Shown: positions 29,254 through 38,659 of the stretch, piece by piece
Layout: the number at the start of each line of letters is the position of its first letter
How positions within the stretch are numbered: position 1 is the stretch's first letter
From: Myxococcota bacterium
GTDB lineage: Bacteria > Myxococcota_A > Polyangia > Polyangiales > Sandaracinaceae
NCBI GenBank assembly: GCA_036149055.1
Contig: JAYZQJ010000148.1
Location: 1-38,659, forward strand
DNA: 38,659 bases
Direction: 5' to 3'
Notes under the pieces: model-generated
Seen by the model: only the letters and a program-made list of their open reading frames with translations
The model's database searches: none
What the model was told of the DNA's origin: nothing
Position numbers and translations under genes: made by a program

Positions 29254-30573
29254 TCAATCGCGGTTCTGTCGACGAAGGTGATCCAGGGCTTCGAGGAACA
29301 CTCGCGCTTTGAGCTCGGTCTCCTCGATCTCTCGCTCCGGATCGCTCGCGCTCACGAGGCCGCCGCCCGCGAAGTAGGTCGCGCTCTCTCCGGAGATCAC
29401 GGCGGTTCGGATGGCGACCGCGAGCGAGACACCGCCCGCGCGATCGACGTATCCGAGCGCGCCCGTGTAGACGCCGCGGGCGCACGGCTCCTCGGCCTCG
29501 ATGAGCTCCATCGCGCGCAGCTTCGGCGTGCCGGTGATGCTGCCCGGCGGGAAGGTGGCCTCGAGGATCGCGCGCAGATCGATCTCGGGCCGCGTCCGGC
29601 ACGCGACCGTGCTGACCAGGTGGCTCAGGCCGCGGAACGGCTCCACCCGCAACGGCGCGTGCACACGCACGCTCCCCGTCTCGGCCACGCGCGAGAGATC
29701 GTTGCGCATGAGATCCACGATCATCGCGTGCTCGGCGCGCTCCTTGTCGTCGCGGGTCAGCGTCTCCGCCTCCGCCTCGTCGTCGCGGCCGCTCCGGGCG
29801 ATGGTCCCCTTGATCGGGCTCGTCCAGAGGCTGCGACCCGCGCGGTCCCAGCGGAGGAAGCGCTCCATGGTCCGGCCGAGCACGGCGTGGTCGGGGCGCT
29901 CGAGGTACATGCCGAGCGGCACCGGGCTCGCCTCGCGCATCGCGCGCCAGAGGGCGAGGGGGCCGCCCGCGTAGGGCGCGGTCCACTGGCGCGCGAGGTT
30001 GACCTGGTAGATCTCGCCGGCCGCGATCGCGTCGAGCGCGCGCTCGATGGCGCGGCGGTGGTCGGCGCGGGGCGGCACCGACGCGGCTCCCGCCTTCGCG
30101 CGGCACGCTGGCCGGGCGGAGGCTCGCTCGACCCGCGCTCGCAGCGCCTCCGCGTCGCGGCCGAGCGCCCATCCCCGGCCGGCCTCGCGGTCCACGGCGA
30201 TCAGGCTCTCGTACCGACCGAGGCACACCACCGGCAGCGCGCCGCGGGGATGCCGCGCGGGGGCTCGCAGGCCGAGGCGGCCCGCCTCCGACCACGCGGC
30301 GTCGTACGCGATCCAGCCGATCCACCACGGGACCGCGCCGCGGTCGAGCGGAGCGCCGTCGATCGGCCCGGGCTCGCCCTCGAGCCCGTCGAAGGCGGCC
30401 CAGGGATCGTCGCCGAAGCGCGCGACGCGGGTCTCGACCGGGTCGCTCGCCAGGAACGTCCAGCGGCCCTCGGGGTGACCCGGCTCGCCGTCCAGCCAGA
30501 CCCGTCCACGCGGACCGAGCGCGTGGGCGATGGCGTCGAGCGGCGGGAGGCGCCGGAGGGGCAGGGCGCGCAC
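29254..30573 (-). CDS. Chorismate-binding enzyme, aminodeoxychorismate synthase/anthranilate synthase component I family (PabB-like)
   Basis: GEIYQVNLA, PIKGT, KERAEHAMIVDLMRNDLSRV, TFPPGSITGTPKLRAM, RGVYTGALG, AIRT, AGGGLV. Confidence 0.9.
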   Translation of the reverse strand: MRALPLRRLPPLDAIAHALGPRGRVWLDGEPGHPEGRWTFLASDPVETRVARFGDDPWAAFDGLEGEPGPIDGAPLDRGAVPWWIGWIAYDAAWSEAGRLGLRAPARHPRGALPVVCLGRYESLIAVDREAGRGWALGRDAEALRARVERASARPACRAKAGAASVPPRADHRRAIERALDAIAAGEIYQVNLARQWTAPYAGGPLALWRAMREASPVPLGMYLERPDHAVLGRTMERFLRWDRAGRSLWTSPIKGTIARSGRDDEAEAETLTRDDKERAEHAMIVDLMRNDLSRVAETGSVRVHAPLRVEPFRGLSHLVSTVACRTRPEIDLRAILEATFPPGSITGTPKLRAMELIEAEEPCARGVYTGALGYVDRAGGVSLAVAIRTAVISGESATYFAGGGLVSASDPEREIEETELKARVFLEALDHLRRQNRD

Positions 30574-30620
30574 GCGGCTCCTTTACTCGTGACCTACCTC
30601 GCAGTAAAGGCCCGAGACCC

Positions 30621-32012
30621 ATGCGCCGTGCTCTCCCCCTGCTCTTGCTCCTGGTCGGCGCCTGCGAAGGCAGCGACGGAAACGTCGGGCCCTCGATCTC
30701 GCTGATCGACGAGAGCGGCGACAACGCGGCGCGCGACGTCGCGAGCGGTCAGCTCTCCGTTCTCGTCCGCCAGGACGGGCGACTGGTCTGCGATGGCCTC
30801 GAGGCCAGGTGCGTGACCCCGATCACCAGCGGGGACTTCTCGCTGGTGTTGCCGATCACCAGCCTGCAGGCCGACACCGAGCTCCAGCTGCGGATCACCG
30901 GCGGAGACGACGCGCTCTTCGGCGCGGTGCCGGCGTTCCGTCCGTTCGGGGAGGGCATCGACGTGCTCCCGGTCCGCCCGGTGATGCAGCCCGCGCTCAC
31001 GTGCCGCGAGCTGGATCCGCCCGCGATCACCACGAGCGGCTCGCTCCGCCTCACCCGCGGCCGGCGCGACATGGCCGCGGTGCCGCGCGCCAACCTCGTC
31101 CTGCTCGCGGGCGGGCTCGAGGACGACGGGCCGTCGCGGGAGGTCGATCGCTACGACCAAGTGGTCACCGAGGCGCTCACGTCGCTCGGGCCGCTGAGCG
31201 CCGACATCGGGGCCGCGCGCGGCGCGACGCTGCGCGACGAGGGCACGTCTCTGGTCTCGCTCGTCGTCGGCGACGGCTCGAGCTGGCGGTTCGTGTCTCA
31301 GATGGGCCCGCCGCGCGTCGAGCGGGTCACCGGGTTGCACGCCGGCGCCGGGTTCGCGTCCGCGGTCGTGCGCCACGAGGGCGGCGCGGCGGTGGTGGGC
31401 GGCGACGACTCCGACGAGGTGACCTGGATGAGCCTCGACGGGGACGTGAGCGCCACGACCCGGCTGAGCGAGCCGCGCGCGTTCCCGGCCGCCGCGTTCG
31501 TCGGCGGCGAGCTGATCGTGGTGTCGGGCGGCACGGTCGAGCGGGCGCCGCGGGAGCGGGCGGGTGAGCCGGTGGCCGTCGAGGGCCTCCCCGCGGGGAC
31601 CGGCGGTGCCCTCGCGCTCAGCCCGTCGGGCGACGCGCTGCTCTACCTCGGCTTCGAGGTCGACGGCGCGCCGAGCGCGGAGACCTTCGTCCTCCGGGGC
31701 TGCCCGGAGGCCTGCGCGGCCGAGCCCGGCCCGGCGTGGGAGGAGCCCCGAGCGGGCGTCGCCTTCACCCGGACCGACGCCGGGACCCTCTGGCTGGTGG
31801 GCGGTGAAGGCAGCGCGCGGATCGATCTCGTCGTCTGGGACGGGAGCGCGCCCCGCTTCGAAGCCGGGGCCACGCTCGCCGGGCCCCGGGCGGGCGCCGC
31901 CGTCTTCGAGCAAGCCTCGGGCGTGGTCACCGTGGCCGGCGGCGAGGGCCCCGACGGTCCGTCGCGCACCTTCGAGCAGTGCACGCCCGCCGCGCTCGAT
32001 CCGTTCGGCTGA
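30621..32012 (+). CDS. Lipoprotein, probable kelch-like beta-propeller
   Basis: Lipobox LLLLVGAC; repeated hydrophobic-GG motifs (VLLAGG, AVVGG, IVVSGG, WLVGG, TVAGG). Confidence 0.75.
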   Translation: MRRALPLLLLLVGACEGSDGNVGPSISLIDESGDNAARDVASGQLSVLVRQDGRLVCDGLEARCVTPITSGDFSLVLPITSLQADTELQLRITGGDDALFGAVPAFRPFGEGIDVLPVRPVMQPALTCRELDPPAITTSGSLRLTRGRRDMAAVPRANLVLLAGGLEDDGPSREVDRYDQVVTEALTSLGPLSADIGAARGATLRDEGTSLVSLVVGDGSSWRFVSQMGPPRVERVTGLHAGAGFASAVVRHEGGAAVVGGDDSDEVTWMSLDGDVSATTRLSEPRAFPAAAFVGGELIVVSGGTVERAPRERAGEPVAVEGLPAGTGGALALSPSGDALLYLGFEVDGAPSAETFVLRGCPEACAAEPGPAWEEPRAGVAFTRTDAGTLWLVGGEGSARIDLVVWDGSAPRFEAGATLAGPRAGAAVFEQASGVVTVAGGEGPDGPSRTFEQCTPAALDPFG

Positions 32013-32088
32013 TCACCCCAAATGCGCCGGGTCCCCGGACCGTCTACAACGTGTATGCTCGCCCGACCCGCGAGCCGGCGGCGCGGCC

Positions 32089-33912
32089 ATGCTCCGAAAA
32101 GTCGAAAAGTACGAGATCGAAGAGGAGATCGGCCACGGGGGCATGGCCACGGTCTATCGTGCCCAGGACACGGTCCTCGACCGCGCGGTCGCGCTCAAGA
32201 TCTTGCACCCCCACCTCCGCTCGGCCGAGGAGGCGCGGCGTCGCTTCCAGCGCGAGGCACGGAGCGTGGCCCGGCTGCGCCACCCGCGGGTGCTCGAGAT
32301 CTACGACTTCTCCGGCGAGGGCTCGACCGAGGCCTTCATCGCCGCCGAGCTGCTGACCGGGCCGACCCTCAAGCAGTGGCGGGAGAGCCACCAGGAGGTC
32401 CCGGCGGAGATCGCGGCCTGCTTCGTCATCGAGATCGCGCGGGCTCTCGAGGCCGCGCACGAGGCGAAGATCGTGCATCGCGACGTGAAGCCCGAGAACG
32501 TGCTCCTCCACGAGGATCGCGAGCTCAAGCTGACCGACTTCGGCATCGCCGACATGGTCGACTCGCAGTCGATGACCGCCACCGGGCAGATCCTCGGGTC
32601 CCCCGGGCACATGGCCCCCGAGCAGATCGAGGGGAAGGACACCGACGAGCGCACCGACCTCTTCTCCCTCGGCACGGTGCTCTATTACCTGGCCACCGGG
32701 CGGCTCCCGTTCACCGGGCGCAACCCGCACCAGGTGCTCAAGCGCATCGTCGACGGCGAGTACGCCGACCCGCTCCGGGTGAACCCCGCGATCGGCGGCC
32801 AGCTCCGCGGCGTCATCGTCAAGGCGCTGGCGAAGGAGGCGGACGAGCGATACCAGAGCGCGGCCGAGCTCCGCGAGGCGCTCGAGGCGTTCGTGGCCGA
32901 GGCCGGCATCGAGGACCCCGAGGCGACCCTCGCCCGGTACCTCAAGGATCCGGAGGGCGAGCGGGCCACGATCGTCGCCCGGACGGTGGAGCGCCTCATC
33001 GACCACGGCGCGCGGGCCTCGGACGCCGGCGACGTGCCCACCGCGCTCGACTACTACAACCGGGTCCTCGTGCTCGACGAGGGCAACGAGCGGGTCCTCA
33101 AGCTCATCGAGCGGGTCGGCATGGACCGTCGACGCCGCCGGATCCTGATGGCCGGCGCGGCGCTGATGACCTTCGGCGCGGTGGCGAGCGGGGTCGCGTG
33201 GGCCGCCTGGCCCGAGGAGGGACAGGACCGAGACCCCGCGATCCCTCCGATCGCCATCGCCCCCGAGGACGCCGGCCAGGACGCCAGCCCAGACGCCGGC
33301 GAGGCGCTCGCGCTCGTCGAGGACGCCGGCGGCGCGGAGGACGCGGCCGTCGAGCTCGCCGAGGCGACGCCCGACGCGGGCCCCGTCGACGAGGGGACCC
33401 CGACGGCGCCCAGCCGGCGAGGGCGCGCCCCGGTGGTGTCGCGAGAGCCGCGGCTCGTGCGGCTCGCGCCCATCCCGCAGACCGTCACGATCGCCGTCGA
33501 TGACGGGCCGCCGCGGCCCTACGGCCCCGGCTTCGACAGCATCGAGCTCACCCCGGGGAGGCACACCTTCCGACTGACCCCCACCGGGGCGGGCGTCGAG
33601 ACCTGGGCCGCGACGACGGTCAGCCACGTCATCGAGCCCGGCGACGGGCCGATGTTGCTGACGCTCCGCTGTCCCTACGAGCCCGCAACCCTCTACGTGC
33701 GCACCAGCGTGCCGGCCGACGTCCAGGTCGGGAGCTACGCGCGCGGCCGGTCCAACACCTTCATCTCGGTGCCGATCGGCACCCGCACCGCCAACGTGCT
33801 CATCCGGGTCTCGTCCGACGGGCGCCGGCCCCACGAGCAGCGGGTCCCGCTCTCGGCGGGGGAACGACGCGAGATCACGGTCGACCTGCCCGAGCTCGCC
33901 GCCGCGCCATGA
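32089..33912 (+). CDS. Membrane-anchored Ser/Thr protein kinase with PEGA-like extracellular region
   Basis: IGHGGMATVY, VALKIL, HRDVKPEN, DFGIA, GSPGHMAPEQ, TM helix, beta-rich C-terminus. Confidence 0.92.
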   Translation: MLRKVEKYEIEEEIGHGGMATVYRAQDTVLDRAVALKILHPHLRSAEEARRRFQREARSVARLRHPRVLEIYDFSGEGSTEAFIAAELLTGPTLKQWRESHQEVPAEIAACFVIEIARALEAAHEAKIVHRDVKPENVLLHEDRELKLTDFGIADMVDSQSMTATGQILGSPGHMAPEQIEGKDTDERTDLFSLGTVLYYLATGRLPFTGRNPHQVLKRIVDGEYADPLRVNPAIGGQLRGVIVKALAKEADERYQSAAELREALEAFVAEAGIEDPEATLARYLKDPEGERATIVARTVERLIDHGARASDAGDVPTALDYYNRVLVLDEGNERVLKLIERVGMDRRRRRILMAGAALMTFGAVASGVAWAAWPEEGQDRDPAIPPIAIAPEDAGQDASPDAGEALALVEDAGGAEDAAVELAEATPDAGPVDEGTPTAPSRRGRAPVVSREPRLVRLAPIPQTVTIAVDDGPPRPYGPGFDSIELTPGRHTFRLTPTGAGVETWAATTVSHVIEPGDGPMLLTLRCPYEPATLYVRTSVPADVQVGSYARGRSNTFISVPIGTRTANVLIRVSSDGRRPHEQRVPLSAGERREITVDLPELAAAP

Positions 33913-34048
33913 GCCGGAAAAAGCGGGCCCGCCCCGGCCGTCCCGTGGTATGGCACGAGATATTTCGGGCGGGGACCATCCTCACCCGGGGACCGATTCG
34001 GGTCCCGATCGAATGGCTCCCCCTCCGGGGACGACTCACCGTCGGCCG

Positions 34049-34942
34049 ATGGCTCCCGTCTCGCGCATCCATGTCCTGATCCCGGCCCTGGTGGTCCTGG
34101 GGTGGACGGGCGCGGCTCACGCGACGGAGATGGACGACTTCCAGCGCGCCCAGAGCGCCTATCAGCAGAACGAGTTCGAGGAGGCGGTGCGCCTCTTCGA
34201 GGAGATGATCGTCCCCGTCCCCGCGATCCGGGACCCGCTGCTGATCCAGGAGTCGCGGAAGTACCTCGGCGCGGCCTACGTCTTCGTCGGGCGACAGGAG
34301 GAGGCGGAGCGGCAGTTCGAGGCCTTCCTCCGCGACGAGGAGGACTTCGCGACCTATCAGCTCGATCCGGCGCTCTTCCCGACCGACGTCATCTCCCTCT
34401 TCCAGTCGGTCCGGGACCGCCTGGTGGAGGAGCGGGCCCAGGAGTCCGACCGGGAGCGCGAGCTGAGGCTGCGCCGGGAGGAGCGGCGGCGGCAGGCTCT
34501 CCTGACCCTCGTGTCGCTGGCCCAGGAGAACGAGGTCAGCGTGACCCGGGACCCGACCCTGAGCTGGCTCCCCTTCGGCGCCGGCCAGTTCAACAACGGT
34601 AACGAAGGCCTGGGCTGGTTCTTCGCCGTGACCGAGGGGCTGACCCTGCTCGGCTCGGTGGCGGCGATGACCGCCTACGTGCCCCTCGAGCTCGAGCACG
34701 CGCGCGACTTCGGGGCCGGCGGCGCCAACATCCCCGATGAGCTCCGCGGCGGCCTCTACTGGGGCGCGATCGGCGGCGGGCTGGCGTTCCTCGGGCTCGC
34801 GGTCGCCGGCGTCATCGAGGCCCACCTCAGCTTCCGACCGCGCCGGACGGTCCGGGAGCCCCGCGAGATCCCGCCCGACGTGCTCCAGGAGCTCGACCTC
34901 TCGGTCGGCCCCGGGAGCGTGTCGCTCCGGCTGCGCTTCTGA
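34049..34942 (+). CDS. Secreted TPR-like protein with C-terminal hydrophobic segments
   Basis: Signal peptide ending AAHA; TPR-like FQRAQSAYQQNEFEEAVRLF and YLGAAYVFVGRQEEAERQF; LPFGAGQFNNG. Confidence 0.75.
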   Translation: MAPVSRIHVLIPALVVLGWTGAAHATEMDDFQRAQSAYQQNEFEEAVRLFEEMIVPVPAIRDPLLIQESRKYLGAAYVFVGRQEEAERQFEAFLRDEEDFATYQLDPALFPTDVISLFQSVRDRLVEERAQESDRERELRLRREERRRQALLTLVSLAQENEVSVTRDPTLSWLPFGAGQFNNGNEGLGWFFAVTEGLTLLGSVAAMTAYVPLELEHARDFGAGGANIPDELRGGLYWGAIGGGLAFLGLAVAGVIEAHLSFRPRRTVREPREIPPDVLQELDLSVGPGSVSLRLRF

Positions 34943-34978
34943 CGGACCATCGGTGATCCACAAATCACCGAATCCGAC

Positions 34979-35006
34979 TTGACAGGTCCCCGCCCCCCAG
35001 TAATCT
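34979..35006 (+). promoter_or_regulatory. Putative sigma70 promoter of the str operon
   Basis: TTGACA-16 nt-TAATCT upstream of rpsL. Confidence 0.6.
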
Positions 35007-35149
35007 TCCGCTCCCCCGTGGCCCGGGGTGCACCCACCGGTTGCGCTCTGTTGCCCGGGAAGCCGCTGTTTTCGGTCATTTCCGGAGCACGCAGGCCCAC
35101 CAGCCGAACCCGAATTCTTCTTCGCCTCCGAGCGAGGCGCCGAGACCTG

Positions 35150-35548
35150 ATGCCCACGATCAACCAGCTCGTCCGCAAGGGACGCAAGATTCAGAAGGCG
35201 AAGACCAACTCGCCGGCGCTCCAGAACTGCCCGCAGAAGCGCGGCGTCTGCGTGCGCGTGTACACGACCACGCCGAAGAAGCCGAACTCGGCGCTCCGGA
35301 AGGTCGCGCGTGTCCGCCTCTCGAACGGCATCGAGGTCACGACCTACATCCCCGGTGAGGGTCACAACCTCCAGGAGCACAGCGTGGTGCTCATCCGTGG
35401 GGGCCGCGTGAAGGACCTCCCGGGTGTCCGCTACCACGTGGTGCGCGGCGCGCTCGACGCCAGCGGCGCGGCGGGCCCCTCCAACACCAACAAGGCCAAC
35501 CGGACCCAGGGCCGCTCCAAGTACGGCGTCAAGCGCCCGAAGAGCTGA
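35150..35548 (+). CDS. rpsL: 30S ribosomal protein S12
   Basis: [41 protein letters not shown]. Confidence 0.99.
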   Translation: MPTINQLVRKGRKIQKAKTNSPALQNCPQKRGVCVRVYTTTPKKPNSALRKVARVRLSNGIEVTTYIPGEGHNLQEHSVVLIRGGRVKDLPGVRYHVVRGALDASGAAGPSNTNKANRTQGRSKYGVKRPKS

Positions 35549-35560
35549 GAGCCGAGGTAG

Positions 35561-36034
<474 letters not shown>

Positions 36035-36351
36035 TCCTCACGGGACCGCTTGCGCGGTCCCCCTCGGGAGGTCATACCTGGCCTCCTTCGGTCTTTTTCT
36101 TCCGGTAGGTCCGCCGCAGCAGTGGCGCGGATACCCCCGGGATGGGAGTCAGCAGAGCGACGATGAAGTCGAGGCCATAGACGAGTGTCACCAGGGGCCG
36201 CCAGAGAGCGCCCAGCCGGTCATCCCGGCGACTGAAGTGCCACTCGAGACCCTCTGCGGGAAGGGCGATCCGAGGGAGATCGCGTAAGGCCGCAGGGGGT
36301 CTTCGTGCGTCTAGCCTCCGCCACTCCGATCCAGCTCGCTGAACCAAGACC

Positions 36352-38463
<2,112 letters not shown>

Positions 38464-38508
38464 CCGAATACCGCTTCACCCAGCCACCGAAGACTGAGGG
38501 AAAGACTC

Positions 38509-38659
38509 ATGGCCAAGGAAAAGTTCGTCCGCACCAAGCCGCACGTGAACGTCGGCACGATCGGTCACATCGACCATGGCAAGACCACCCTGACCGCCGC
38601 GATCACCAAGGTGATGAGCGACAAGCACGGTGGGAACGCCATCGCGTATGCGGACATCG
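38509..38659 (+). CDS. tuf: Elongation factor Tu (5' part, truncated by window end)
   Basis: [34 protein letters not shown]. Confidence 0.97.
   Translation, partial: MAKEKFVRTKPHVNVGTIGHIDHGKTTLTAAITKVMSDKHGGNAIAYADI

Overview
This is a very GC-rich bacterial chromosome segment, most likely from a myxobacterium (Myxococcota). That assignment is inferred from the Cys-rich repeat lipoprotein, the eukaryote-like Ser/Thr kinases and the Gly-rich SSB. Most of the window is housekeeping or ordinary accessory DNA: TrmH methylase, trxB, MscS, moaC, a flippase, a K+ channel, dnaK, a ccmF-ccmH fusion cluster, ssb, tlyA, a pabB-like gene, two kinases and the str operon (rpsL-rpsG-fusA-tuf). The exception is a ~5.7 kb minus-strand unit (29214 down to 23588) that the ORF track largely misses. 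By hand-folding it reads: sigma70-like promoter, a 72-aa leader ORF using all 20 amino acids within its first 33 codons, a terminator/antiterminator, a second leader ORF using all six Arg codons, and a second terminator/antiterminator. These are followed by an array of 18 atypical tRNA genes interleaved with four Y RNA-like genes, an Ala-like minihelix, a boxB/boxA-like signal, an HNH nuclease and a Ro60 (TROVE/vWA, Rsr) gene. I infer a translation-stress-sensing, doubly attenuated operon supplying backup tRNAs and a Ro60-Y RNA system. All RNA structures were derived by eye and need covariance-model confirmation.
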